Assembly: GCF_018977255.1 (NCBI RefSeq)
Contig: NW_024704742.1
Coordinates: forward strand, 129,272,001 to 129,336,000
Length of the DNA stretch: 64,000 nucleotides
Direction: 5' to 3'
Source of the DNA: Callorhinchus milii
Taxonomy: Eukaryota
Numbering within the stretch: the first letter of the stretch is position 1; every line of letters starts with the position of its first letter. Positions 38,968-51,900 of the stretch are shown piece by piece. Made by a program: the position numbers and the translations under genes. A model generated the notes under the pieces. The model was not told the DNA's origin. It saw nothing but the letters and a program-made list of their open reading frames with translations, and did no database searches.

Positions 38968-41289
38968 CTGCAAAAAATAACATTTGCCAGCTTTTGGGAT
39001 TGTATGTTTGGCACCAAATGTGGCCGGATTTTGGATAATCTCAGGCATTAATGGTAAATCAATGGCATATGAAGTCACCGATCACATCACTGACATCTCT
39101 CTGTGTCCAAACCTGCCAATAAGCCAATGTCCCTTTGAGTAGTACTTGCATTGCTGTATCAATAAGCAATCATAATTGTCTTTAGATGTAACATATTCAT
39201 AAAACGCATTGCTTTCTGATACAATCTCAGAACCTGTTTTCCTTCCAACAGGCTAAAGTCAAAATCTACAATTACTGGAGCACAGTTTTAAACTGCACCT
39301 GAGTAATTGTGGTACCTGGGTAATTTCCAATATGATGCAAAGGTGAGGGTGGTGATATTAAAATGCAGCTGGAAAAGAACACAGAACTGAAACGCAACAT
39401 ATTGCGTGATTTATTGTTTAGAAAAACAAACCATGTTCATCTCCCAAAAAGGGCGCTAATCCAATTTAATTGAGCTCTTTGTTAACAATTTACAGATGGC
39501 CCGTTTTGAGTGCATTAATGTTTCCTCAAAAACATGGGTTGCTCAAAGCCCTGCCTTTCACTGTAAGAAGGAAGCAAGAAAGTCTGCTACAACCAGACAT
39601 GTTCAATGAAATTTATCCTTTATCAAATTTGCTCTCATTATTCACAAATGGTTCTGTGGGCCATTTGTAATTCTTTACTGATTCAAAGGCCATAAAACTC
39701 TGTTCAATGCAAATGGGTTTATGGATTTATTTCAATCTAATTATTTGTTTGTCTGCAAAATGCAGTCACTGTATATCCAGTGCAAAGCGCTATATCAAAT
39801 GTAAGGATTATTATTATTGTTGTTGTTGTACAAATATCTTCAGCACTTTGAACTCATGGTCAAGTTGGACATTCGAATGCTATGCTGGGGGGGTGCTGTA
39901 TTGTTTGAAGTACCGTCATTCAAATGAGACATCAAATCCGAGGTCCTGTTTGTCTGTTCAGTTGGATGTTAAAGATCACGTTGGCACAATTTGAAAAATA
40001 AAGTTAGTTATTCCCAATGTATTGGCCAACAATCTCTCAGATAAACTTGGTTATTCTTTTAGGCTGTTCATGGGACATTGCTGTGCTCAATAATGAATTG
40101 GTAGCACGCTTCCCTGCAAAATACTTACTACACTGTATAATAATAATAATTGTTGCATTTGATATAGTGCTTTTCTTTTAGCTGTCTCAAAGCACTTCAC
40201 AGAATATACTGTAAAGTCAATTGATTGTATATTTGTGGGTGAAACACGGCAGCCAAGCAGCGTCGCACAAACAGTTGTGGATTGAAGTGACCAATTTTTT
40301 TTCTTGAGGGATTATTATCAAGCGTGTGGAATAATGAAACTTGCCCAAGGTTTCGCCCTGCTGGAAATCTTCTCGCTTGCAAGGCGAGTGCTCTATCTAC
40401 TAAACTATAGGACTTTACACCTCTTTGAAATGTCTTTCTGATGTGAACAGCACTATACTAAATGCAAGGATTATTATTATTATAGTTATTTTAGTTATTC
40501 CTTGAAAGCTCAAAAAAGAACTACCTGTATTAGCAGTTCTTGTATAAATTCCACTGAAACAGCCAACAAAGGTAAAAATGTTCTAGTGTTTCGTAGACTA
40601 CAGTAACAAGCAGTGTTAGTGGGCAGATGATTATTTCTTTGCAGTATATACTGGGCTTGTTAGTTTCCAGTAACCAGTTGTGGCTTTATCCTTCAATAAA
40701 TAAAATAATAATAATCCTTACATTTGACATAGCACTTTATCACTTCATCAAGACATATCAAAGAGTTTCACACAATATATTTCAAATGACCAATTTTATT
40801 TGGTTGGCCAGGATTCCAGGAGAAACTTCTTTCTCTTTTCGAATAGAGCTGTGAGATCTTTAACATCCACCTGAACAAGCATATGGGACCTCGGTTTAAT
40901 GTCTCACACTATGGGATTCCTAATGAAATTTATAGCCAGTATATCAAATGCCAGGATTCTTATCATTAATATTAAATCCAATTTATAGTAGATTTGTGAC
41001 CGACTCTCAAGGATCTTTCACAGACCTTTTAAAAATTGATGAATGACAGACGTCACTGTTGAAATTAATCTCTTAATACTACCCACAGCCTGACTATCAT
41101 AAAATCATGAATTCTCTTTGCCCGAGATCTCAGGTCACTTTCACATCATTCGATTGTTCATTCAATTGAAGGTGAAAGTAGTGATTTGAGACAAGATGAG
41201 AAAGAGTCCCATGTCAGACAAACAGACCACAAGATTAATTTAGGAAGTCCTAAAACTGCTCTGAAACTATGATTCTCCATCTTATTGGA

Positions 41290-42230
41290 GAACAATAACA
41301 ACAATTTTCACTTATATAGCGCCCTCCACGAGGGTGGGTGGGGTGGTGGGGGAGAAGGTTATTGTAAGCACAGTTGAAAAGGAAGGTTTTTAGGCAGGAC
41401 TTGAAAAGGGGGAGAGAGGGGCTAATGCGGAGGGATTGAGGGAGAGTGTTCCACAGTTTCCAGGTGCGGTGGCTGGAAGAGCAACTTCCAATGGAAGAGC
41501 GGAGGTGCAAGGGACGAGCAGGAGGCTGGTGTCAGTCGAGCGAAGGCACCGGGCGTGGATTGAGGAGTGAGGAGGCTGGAGAGGTAGGGAGGTGCCAGAA
41601 AGTGAATGGATTTGAACATGAGAGTGAGGATCTTGAAATCAACCCGCTTGGTGATGGGGAGCCAGTGGAGCCTGGTCAGAATTGGTGAGATGTGGGTATG
41701 GAGTTTGGTCCGGGTCAGTATGCGGGCGGCAGAGTTCTGAATGAGCTGGATTTTTTGAATAATGGAGCTGGGGAGACCGGTGAAGAGTGTGTTGGAATAA
41801 TCCAGGCAGGAGGTGACATATGCATGCAGAAGGGTTTCGGCTGCATTTGGGGTAAGGTACGGTCAGAGGTGGGCAATGTGGAGGAGGTGGAGGAAGGCGG
41901 TCCTGGTCAGGGACCGGATGTGGGGGAGGAAGGACAGCTGGTGGTTGAACCGAATGCCGAGGTTGGTTCGGTGAGTCTGAGGAAGAGCCCAGGGAGGTTG
42001 AGGAGTTTAGATCCACAGGATTGAAGGCATTAACGGGAGCCAAAGTGTATGGCTTCCATCTTGCGCATATTCATCGGCAGGAAGTTTACACGCATCCAGG
42101 CCTTGACGTCTGACAGACAAATTGATATAACATTGGCGGGCCTGGAGTCAATACTGGAGGAGACAAAGTAGATTTGTGTGTCATCCGCATACATGTGGAG
42201 GTTTACCCTGTGTCTACGGATGACATTGTC
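41290..42230 (-). mobile_element. L2 LINE RT/3' fragment
   Basis: HMYADDTQIY, DVKAWMRVNFL and LWNTLPQSLR motifs; L2 tail. Confidence 0.92.
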
Positions 42231-42387
42231 AAGAAGGATAATTGAAAGCAGCTGACAGCTGACAAGCGGACCATTAAAGTCAATGCTCATGTGATCTTCA
42301 CTCAAGCTTCACTTTTACAGACAGTGACATCACCCAGTCCGCTCAATTAGATTACTGCCTTATAATTCACTTGGAGATTCACATTAC

Positions 42388-42554
42388 CTTCTGGGTGCAG
42401 ACGGCATGAGCCACAGGCAGTACAATTACTAGCGTTTCCGTTTTTGAGATCTCTTTTGCCGACTGCTCTACTGCTGGTAAAGTAACCAGTTTGGTAATTC
42501 ACCCAAGTACACTTTTGAGACATTCACTTTCTTTTGTTGCCGCTGAAATTTTGC
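42388..42554 (-). pseudogene. Candidate pseudo-exon (GKISAATKESECLKSVLG*ITKLVTLPAVEQSAKEISKTETLVIVLPVAHAVCTQK)
   Basis: Strong acceptor ttcttcttttctccag and donor AAG|gtaatg; 167 nt, phase 1 to 0, single TGA. Confidence 0.6.
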
Positions 42555-43428
42555 CTGGAGAAAAGAAGAAATCCAGTAATGTGGATCTATCAGTGGTGTA
42601 GTTTCAAAACCATACAAAACCTCAGGTGATTCAGTAGATTTGGTGGGCGAATTTCTATTCTTTCCTTAGTGTCATCTGTTTAAATTGTTAGTCAGTGTTA
42701 AATAGTCATATATTTCCTCATTTATGCCTAAAAATGCTTTTATTGATTTACATTGTTTTCATGATCTCTCCAGAAATAATACTACTAATAATCCTTGCAT
42801 TTGATGTAGCGCTTTATCACCTTGTTGAGACATCTCAAAGCACTTCACAGAATATCCTGCAAAATGAATTGACTGTGTATTTTGTGGGTGAAAAGAGTAA
42901 GAAACAGTTAAACTACAATCATTTATCATGACTGAGGAATTCTTCATCAATGCCCTTAATCATAATTCGTTTACTCAAGCAAAACAAAATGATCAATCCT
43001 AGTGACCACATTGGGAGTCAGCTGAGAGAATGAATACCATCAAAAATGTGTGTTTTATTGGACTGGAATAGAATTAAGAGGTTTTACATTTGAAAAGGCA
43101 GGCGTGGGAATAATTTAATATATGTTTAGGACTGATGCCAGAAACAAGCCATGTTGTTAAGCAAATAGTAGAGCTATACCATTTTGCTAAAGCATTTCCT
43201 GAGAGATAAAATATGGTAACTTTAATCTTTTCCTGTTCTGCAGCTAAATTTAGTTGAAATACTCATCTGTAAAACTTCACAGTAATAGCTCTTTTTGACA
43301 GAAACAACTGCCTTCAGAGCAACGGCAGGAAAGAAACTGCAAAAAGTTTCATTTTCTCATTTGCGAGCAATACTATATTCTGCAGAAAATTGAATGGTTT
43401 AAATTTAAACGGCAAGCAAATTAGTTAC

Positions 43429-43588
43429 CCTGCTGGATTTGGCAGTAAGGTGTGGGGATCCCATTTAGAGGAACCAGTTCCAAATCACTTTCCTCGTCAT
43501 TTTCACTCTGTTGCTCAGTTGTGCTGGAGTGGGCTGTCAGTGGGCTCTTGGAAGATGTACTTCACAGCGAACCTCTGGCTAATGTTTC
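43429..43588 (-). pseudogene. Candidate pseudo-exon (ETLARGSL*STSSKSPLTAHSSTTEQQSENDEESDLELVPLNGIPTPYCQIQQ)
   Basis: Long pyrimidine tract, donor AGG|gtaact, 160 nt, one TGA; ends phase 1, matching 42388-42554. Confidence 0.55.
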
Positions 43589-44162
43589 CTCAGCAGACGG
43601 AGAGAACAGAAGAAAAAACTTGCAAGAATCTCAACTGGCCCTTCCATTCGGAGTCCTGTAGCATATTGGTTAAAGCATCCACTTCGCAAGTGAGAAGACC
43701 TGGGTTTGATTCCCGGGCACGGCGAAACCTTAGGCAAGTTTCCTAACTCCATATGCCTCTGTCCAGCAACAGTAAGTAGGAACCCGGTTGTTAGTCGATT
43801 GGTGGATCGCTTTCTGGGGTAATAATCCCTTAAAAAATCTCTCTTTACATATAAATATATGTATAATTTAGTCACTCAATCCATGACTGTTTGTGGGAGA
43901 CTGCGGTGTGCAATTGGCTGCCGAATTTGGCCACAAAATATACAATTAATTCACTGTATGTTATATTCTGTGAAGGGCTTTGAGACGTCTCAGCAACGTG
44001 ATAAGGCGCTATATCAAATGTAAGAATTATTATTATGAAACAATATTGACTGCTACAGAGATGTTGGAAGCTCACTCCTTCCAAACAAACTGCCCACTGT
44101 GTGACCTGCCACAGATTCTCACTAAGTCAATCTGAGAGGGAGATACAATGACAAAGTAATAC

Positions 44163-44368
44163 TTCCTATAAGGTAAATCAATGTGAGATTTCAAGTGGAA
44201 GCTCAAAGATATTCATCTAAGACTGGAATCTATCACTGGTCAAGACGGGTCTGTATTCTACAAACAGCCACAACAGCCTGGAATTAGAGGTTTTCCCTAA
44301 AATTAATGATCTTCTTTCCCTGTTGCCTTCAATCAAATTATTCACCAGAAATGCATCCGGGTCAAAGT
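44163..44368 (-). pseudogene. Candidate pseudo-exon (FDPDAFLVNNLIEGNRERRSLILGKTSNSRLLWLFVEYRPVLTSDRFQS*MNIFELPLEISH*...)
   Basis: Overlaps ORF 44217-44447. Long pyrimidine tract before ...ttctgccaag; weak donor gives phase 0, matching the next candidate exon. Confidence 0.4.
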
Positions 44369-45474
44369 CTTGGCAGAAGGGAAATTGAGTGTAGTAGATG
44401 AAATAAACCCAAAGGACACAAAGGTAAAATTGTTTACAATCAGACAAGATAACACGTAGAACATACAGCGTTTTAAAACGTGAACTTTCTTGTTTCTTTG
44501 TGTACTTTGTAACTTCCAGTAAATGCTCATGTTACAATCAATTTTTATTCATTGTGACCTTGGAGCAGAGCCAAGGCCCACAGTGCAGCTATGGTTGGAA
44601 AGAATAGGAGGATAATGAGAGAGGTTGAAAGTGGTGATTTTTTGGCACCAATTAAGGGATTTGACAGCCTGTAGACTGTAGAAAGGAAGAGAAATAAGGA
44701 ATTTGGAAGTCATAGGATCTCAGGTAGAATGGATTGGAGCAGTAGGCTTTGTCTCCACACTTGTGAGGAAGGAAGGATGAGAAAGAGTGCAGAGAACACA
44801 TTATCTGGAGGAGATTCAAGTTCAATGGTTCATCCATTGAACTGTTAAGCGCACCAAGATGCTGTCCAGCTATATAAATGCAAGTTGTTGTTGAGTGGAG
44901 TGAAAGAATGGGATTTGATGACAATACAATGAGAATGAGCACTCAATGGATCCACCAAGAAATTCTCTAGCTCATATCAAGATCCTATTAAAAGACATCT
45001 ACCTGATATCAGATAGAGAATTTCTCAGTGGTCAACTGCTGATTGTTTCTCACTAAGATGCAATAATTATTATTATCTCCATTTTAAATGCACTCCGGAC
45101 TACCAAATTAATATCACACAACCAGTGAACTAGGTAATAGTTAACAAGTTAAATAACAAGTTCCTACACGCACGGCCCGACAATTATTGGCCATTCAATT
45201 ATTTTCACAGTGGTCAATCTCTGGAATATGTGGAGTATTGACAATGAGTGCCTATACTCAGATGTGAGCGCAAAAGGGACCAAAGGTGAATACAATATTC
45301 ACCCAATTCACATCAGAAGGACGTCCCAAGGTGCTGGACAGTCAGGGATTTGGCCCCAAGCAGGGGGTAAGGATCAGGAGGGTGGAGGGCAGGGAGAGTG
45401 GCTGAAGGTGCAATCGAAGAGGAGGGTCTTGAGATGTGCCTTGAAGGAGGTAAGGGAGTGAGTGAGGCAAAGAC

Positions 45475-46520
45475 TTCTCCTCCAGCCCCCACACTGTCTC
45501 ATGCGGTGTTCCTCAGGGCTCTGTCCTCGGTCCCATCCTCTTCACCCTCTTCATGCTCCCCCTTGGTGACGTCATCCGCAGACATGGGGTAAATTTCCAC
45601 ATTTATGCGGATGACATCCAACTCTATCTCTCTGCCTCCACCTTCAACTCCAGGATTACTGGCGTCCTGACCAACTGCCTGTCCCATATCAAGTCCTGGG
45701 CGAGGGCCAACTTTCTCCAACTCAACGTCAGCAAGACTGAGGCTCTCTTGATTGGCTCGCGCCTGTGTCTCCGCACCTCAGGCGCTGGCAGCATCAGTCT
45801 CCACGGCTGCACACTCAACCTCACTGAGCCAGTCAGGAACCTGGGTATCTTGTTTGACCCTGAACATCCGCGCCATGAACGGCACTGCCTACCACCACCT
45901 CCGCAATATTGCCAGACTCTGCCACTGCCTCACCCCTCAGGCTGACGAAAACCCTCACCCATGTATTCGTCACCTCAAGGCTTGATCACGGGAACTCCCT
46001 CCTCATCGGCCTTCCCAACTCATCCCTTCACAAGCTGCAGATCATCCAAACTCTGCAGCTCGTGTACTCTCATGCACCAGGCTCCGCGACCCCATCACTC
46101 CCACCCTCGCCCAACTCCACTGGCTCCCCATCCCCCAGAGGATCGAGTTCAAGATCCTCGTTTACACCTTTAAAGCCATCTCTGACCTGCTAACTCCCTA
46201 CCAACCTGCCCACTCCCTCCATTCAGCGGGCTACAGTCCGCTCCATGTCTTCCGCCCGATCTGCCCTATCATTGGTGGCCGGGCTTTCAGCCTCTCTGCC
46301 CCCAGACTCTGGAACTCCATCTGACAGTCCCTTCGCCTTGCTTTCTCCCTTGCCTCCTTCAAGGCCGGTCTCAAGACCCTTCTCTTCGACCGTGCCTTTG
46401 GTCTCCCTCCCACCTCTCTGCCTTCCCGCACCCCTACACCACCCCTCCCCCATACTCGGGCCCCGATACCTGACTGTTCGCGCTTTGGGATGTCTTCCTG
46501 ACGTGTAAGGTGCTCCATAA
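45475..46520 (+). mobile_element. L2 LINE RT/3' fragment, next to an opposite-strand L2 tail at ~45310-45470
   Basis: [49 protein letters not shown]. Confidence 0.93.
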
Positions 46521-46714
46521 ATGAAAAACGGATAAAAGGGAATATGGGATGGAGTTCCAAAGGGTGGCAGCAGAGAGGCTGAAAGCCCAACCACTGAGGG
46601 GCGTGGAGCAGGCCGCAACCTGCTGAGAGGAGAGAGCAGACAGGTTGATATGGAGTTAGGAGATCACAGAGCTCACAATATGGGCAATCAATATACCGGG
46701 GACTAATTTCAAAC

Positions 46715-46890
46715 CTTTATGGTAATCATAGAGTTTGGTAACAATTCTGATTCATTAGGGTTATTTGGCTGTGGGATCTCCATCACGACCTGAGCTCTTG
46801 AATTCAGATGGTGTCAAGAGAGCAAAACTTTCACGTGTTTCACACCCAGGATTATATTATGGCTTTAAACTACCTGCCACTCTATGTTAT
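46715..46890 (-). pseudogene. Candidate pseudo-exon (NIEWQVV*SHNIILGVKHVKVLLS*HHLNSRAQVVMEIPQPNNPNESELLPNSMITIK)
   Basis: AG/GT-bounded 176-nt block (donor AAG|gtttga), two stops in the best frame. Confidence 0.35.
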
Positions 46891-49800
46891 CTATAATAGA
46901 CATTATAAACCCAACACCAGGTGTCCATTATTGTCCCTATATAAGGAATAATATTTAAAAAGAATCTGTGTCTGAATGGTGCCATTGGAATATTAATGAA
47001 CTGGGAAAAATCACACTAATCACAGAAATGGCATATTTTTATTTCTGAACAACTGTTCCATTATTAAATTGTTAACAGTGACCTTGTATGGTGTGCTATT
47101 GATTTGTATTGACCGTACTTTAATATAGAGATAATAATAATCATTGTATCTGATTATAGGCACCTTACCATGTCATTGAGTTATCTCAAAGGTTTTATTA
47201 TGAAGTGTAATTGTAGGTGAACACGGCATCCGATTTGCACACAGTAATGTCTCACAAACAGTCATGAAGAGAATGACCAATTTTATCTGGGGGATTCTTG
47301 GCCAGGACACTGGGAGAAATTCTCTTTGTTTTTTAAATCTTGCCATGGGATCCACCTGAAGAGACAGATGGGACCTCAGTATTCCAGACATTAATCTGGA
47401 ATAGAAAAGCAAGGAGATAATTTTGAATATATACAAGACTTTCTAAGTTAAGCCATATGTGGAGTAATGTGCACTGATTTGGGCATCCTGTTATAGTGAG
47501 AATATCGAAGCAATGGAAAAAGGTGAGGATAGGTTGTTACCGGGGATGAGGGGTTCCAGTTATGTAGAAACTTGAGAAGTTAGGGCCTTTTCTGCTAGAG
47601 CAGAGAATTTAAAAGGAGAACTGATAGAGGATAGAAAGAATTTTTTTACACAAAGAACAATTGTAAAGTACAATTTTCTGCCACACACAATCAATGAGCA
47701 AAATCTCTGTGTTTTTTAAAAAAAAGAGAATTAGATATATGCTTGACAAAGAGAAATATTGAAGGGCAATGGGAGCAAACAGAAGAGTGAGATTTGATTA
47801 AGTAGCTCATATGGAAACATCACACAGTATGGACTTGATGAGTAAATGTCCTGTTTCTCTGCTGCAATATCCTATGAATCTATATAGAATAAAACAGACT
47901 TTATTAGAAGAAGAAGGATATTATGATCTGAAAATTATTTTTCACAATTGGCGCCATGTTCGGACAAAATGTGAGAACTTATGAAATGCTCGGAGGGGCT
48001 GTATTTGTGAATATTCACTGGATTTCAGCGCATTATATATACAGTTTATGTAATGGCACCTTCAGTTATGCAACCCAAGGGAGAAAGCAATTTTGTGCAA
48101 AGTGAGGTGCTGCAATGTCTATGATTTAACAACAGTGACATCTGCTGGCAAAATCCTCCAAGTGAAGCTTTGTTTCGCACCCAATTCACTTTCATTCCCC
48201 ATATTTGTGAAATCGGTAAATGATCTTTCTACATGTTTTTAAATCACTGGTACAAAATTGCTCCCATCTGCCTACAGGCAACACCGGATCTGTAATACTG
48301 CCTGGCAATTATTTCCAGTGTTGTCTGATAATTATTGTGAGTTTGGGTAATAGCAAAATAAACGTCTGGGGCTGTTTTTGGCAATGCTCAAAAGTTTCAG
48401 ATAGATCTCAAAGAAAAGTTTTAGTTTCAATTATAAAGTGTGTATGACTTCTGCGACTTCCCACTGTATGTGATGTGACATTGCTGGCAATATCACACTG
48501 TGTGTCTAGGTTCACATCTGATTGTGCACAATGCTCGTCACGTCAATATTTATCTTTCTGCCAGCTGCAAATACATGCAGTATGGGTGCCTGTTTTAATA
48601 TTAATCCTTGCATTTGATATAGATCCTTATCACGTGTTTGAGAAGTCTCAAAGCCCTTCATGGAATATATCGTAAAGTGGATTGACTGTGTATTTTGTGG
48701 GCAAAACCTTTTAAGCAAAAACAGAACGTTTTCTCTTTAGCCGTGGAATTTTAAAAAATACTAGTGTCTAACCTAAGGGAGTTTGTGGCAAGAGTGTGTG
48801 GGCTCCGTCAGGAAGGCACCAGGGGAGAGCTACTCTTAATTCCACATGGGCAGAGAGCGATAACTTTGCCTTGAAGTTTAATCAAAAGTCATTTTCTGCC
48901 ATTGGCTGGTGGCTCCCCATCTTCGTGTTGTACTAAATTGCACCCACTTAGCAAAAAGCAACAATATTAATGTCTAGCAATTTGGGTAATAATAATAATC
49001 CTTGCATTTGGTTCAGCGCCTTATCACGTCATTCAGCTGTCTCAAAGCGCTGCACAGAAAATACTGTGAAGTAGATTGACTGAGTATTTTGTTGGCGTAA
49101 TAACAGAATAAAAGTCCCTCACATCTACCCGATTTTGTGGGCATCATGTTCGAAACGCTTATGAAAAGGTAATTTAAGCAGCGAGCCTCTAATACAGGAT
49201 GTAAACAACATGGAGCCCAGTAAAAGTGACCTTGGTTTGAACGATCTCAAAAGCAATCTGCAGCCAGCGTGGCAATTTTCATCTTCAATCTGCAGATCTC
49301 AAACTTGCCCTTCGTTGGGCACTTTGCAATATGTCATTTGAACTTATTAATGAAATATGATTGTTCAAAAAAAATCACAGCAATTCTTTGGGAAAAATCG
49401 CCTCATTCAGAACGTACGTAGCTGGGATTTATTAGATTCTAGAATTGCTTTAACGGGGCAGTGGCGTCACTGTCAGGCTGGTGGTCACATTTTAAACAGA
49501 TTTCGGATAATAATTCATTAATGAAGAAAGTCAGGTGGCTCAGGGTAATTCACTTGCATAATTGGTTCTTGATTGAAAGATAATAACTCTGTCATTTATT
49601 GACACCAACACAGCCTTGTTACAAAAGCAGGTCTCAGAATGTTCTTGACCACTTCGGACTTGAAAAAATTCCACAACCCTGACACAATTCGTCTATAAAA
49701 TATAAGTCAATGCACTTTACAATATATTCTGTGAAGCACTTTCAGACGTCACAAGGACGTGATAAGGCGCTATATCAAATGCAAGGATTATTATTATTAA

Positions 49801-50660
49801 TACTAGAATATTGTGCCCGTCACTCAAGGGGGAAGGAGAGGGGGAGAAGGGGGAGAAAACATTTGGGATTCTCCATGAATAGTTCTCAAGTTGTGCATTT
49901 GAAAAAGCAATACGTTGACAGAGACGTCTTTGGCGATCATTCACAAGCAGTAAGCTTTTTCAGACCTCACAAGTCAGAATCTATCACCTCTCTCATCAGC
50001 CAGGGTAGAAGATTAGGAACAAGACACATTTGCAAGAAATGTCAGACTAAACCAATATTATAATAATAATCCTTGCATTTGATACAGCGCCTGATCATGT
50101 CTTTGAGACGTCTCTAAGCTCTTCACAGAATATACTCTAAAGTGAATTGACTGTATATTTTGTGGGCGAAACATGCACACAGCAGCAGTGGAGAAAATCA
50201 AAGGTCAAATATATTCTCATATTGACTTCTGATTGAACAGCAACGAAGCAACTACAAATTACAATTGATATAGCACCTTCCATGTCGGAAGGACATCCCA
50301 ATAACACCTTCTTCTGATTGAAAAATAGTGTGTTTTTCTCTTTGTGGTTACTTTACCTTGTTAGCCTTGTGTTTCTTTTATCGTATATTATTATTATTGT
50401 ATATCGACAATCTCTCTAATCTCTCTCTCACTCTCTTTGCGCCCTTCCACCCCCCATCCTCACACCACCACCACCCCCTCCTTCCATTAAGATCTTGATA
50501 TAAATTGAAGCTTGGGATAGCTGCCAAAAAATGTTTCTTTACAGGAAGATTTCTCTATGTTAATTAATTATTACCTGCTGAAAGTAAGGGAGTAGGTGGG
50601 GTGGGAAGAGTTGTCAGCATATGTTGCCGTTAATGGAATTTCTCATAACCCACACCACCA

Positions 50661-51035
50661 AATAATAATAATAATAATAATCCTTGCATTTGATATAGCA
50701 CCTGTTCACGTCTTCAAGACGTCTCAAAGCGCTTCACAGAACATACTTTAAAGTAAATTGATTGTACATTTTGTGGGCGAAACGCAGCAGCCAATTGTCC
50801 CACAAACAGTCGTGAATTGAAGTGACCAATTTATTATTACTATTTTTTTTGATGAATTATTACGCACGGAAAGGTGATTCACCAATCGACTAACAACCGG
50901 GTTCCTACTTACTGCTGGGTAAACAGGGGGGTGTGGAGTAAGGAAACTTGCCTAACATTTCGCCCTGCCAGGAATCGAACCCAGGTCTCTCGCCTGTGAG
51001 GCGAGTGCTCTAATCACTGAGCTACAGGACTCCAC
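50661..51035 (-). mobile_element. Full-length tRNA-derived SINE with L2-like tail (dominant family, resembling elephant-shark SINE2-1_CM as recalled). Other near-full copies at ~6270-6650(-), 19150-19520(+), 22695-23017(+), 29229-29550(-), 40138-40418(-), 43650-44036(+), 53317-53662(-), 59497-59839(-), plus dozens of 3' fragments
   Basis: Head gtggagtcctgTAGCTCAGTGAttagagc...GGTTCGATTCC (Pol III A and B boxes); body ggcaagtttccttactccacac; tail gctatatcaaatgcaagga(tta)n. Confidence 0.92.
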
Positions 51036-51394
51036 AAGATGTAATAACAAGGGGAGAATAAATATTCCACTCAACACCCTAGCTATCCAGGAGTCCTTAA
51101 TAAAAAAAGCCTTGGCTCCTGTTCAAACCCCCCAACTCCAGCCTGAATAAAACAGTGTGAGTTTTACTGGGCTTAGTCACAACAGTGTATCAGTCGCCCT
51201 GCAGAGAAGAAAGCTCTGTCTCAGGAGTGAGAATCCATGAAAGGCTGTTCTGCAATCGCAACCCAACAGGGCCAGTCGTCCACCCTGTCAGAAGCTGTGG
51301 TGTAAACCAAAGGTCAGGCCATCTGACCCAAGGAGTAACTCACTAATGGCTGAAACATACCAACGCAGCTAAAGTGGAGAAAGCTTAGAAACAT

Positions 51395-51900
51395 GTGGGA
51401 CTGAGTTCACAGTGAGACCACTGTCCTTTCACCCCTGGTGTACACAAGACTGATGGGATGAAAGTCTCCTCTCTTGGCTGTCTGTAGGACTCCAATGTGA
51501 AATAATAATAATTTGACATGAATTTAATATAGCGCCTTATCACGTCGTCGAGATGTCTCAAAGTGCTCCACAGGATATATTGTCAAGTGGTTTTGACTGT
51601 GTTTTGTGGGCGAAACGTGACACAAAATGAGTTTTAAGACAACTCCTCATGGGTGTGGGCTACAGCACAAAGGCAGTTAGGCTAAGATGGTAATGACTGA
51701 CATTCAACTGGCAGCATCTCAGGCAGGGCATAAAGATGGAGCGTCACACTGTCACACTGATACAGTGAGAGTTCTGCTTAGTGATTCAGATTGAGTGGAA
51801 GCTCAGTGACTGATGGGCAGAGGGGAGCAACCTTTACTCTGGAGCTAACTGTGCTAATGCCTCAGCTAGAGATGCTTGATTTTCACAGTGGAAAAAGGAA
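51395..51900 (+). mobile_element. LF-SINE-like element interrupted by a minus-strand SINE fragment (~51502-51625)
   Basis: cctttcacccctgg..gactgatgggatgaaagtctcctctc..atgtgaaat[insertion]aatgagttt..ctacagcacaaag follows the recalled LF-SINE motif order CCTTTCACCTCT..ATGTGAAATGAGTT..CACAAAAC. Confidence 0.5.

Noticed and set aside
50955..51035. tRNA-like sequence with good A and B boxes (also ~22697-22770, ~29475-29550, ~43650-43725)
   Set aside because: Each continues into the same SINE body and L2-like tail, so these are SINE heads and not tRNA genes.
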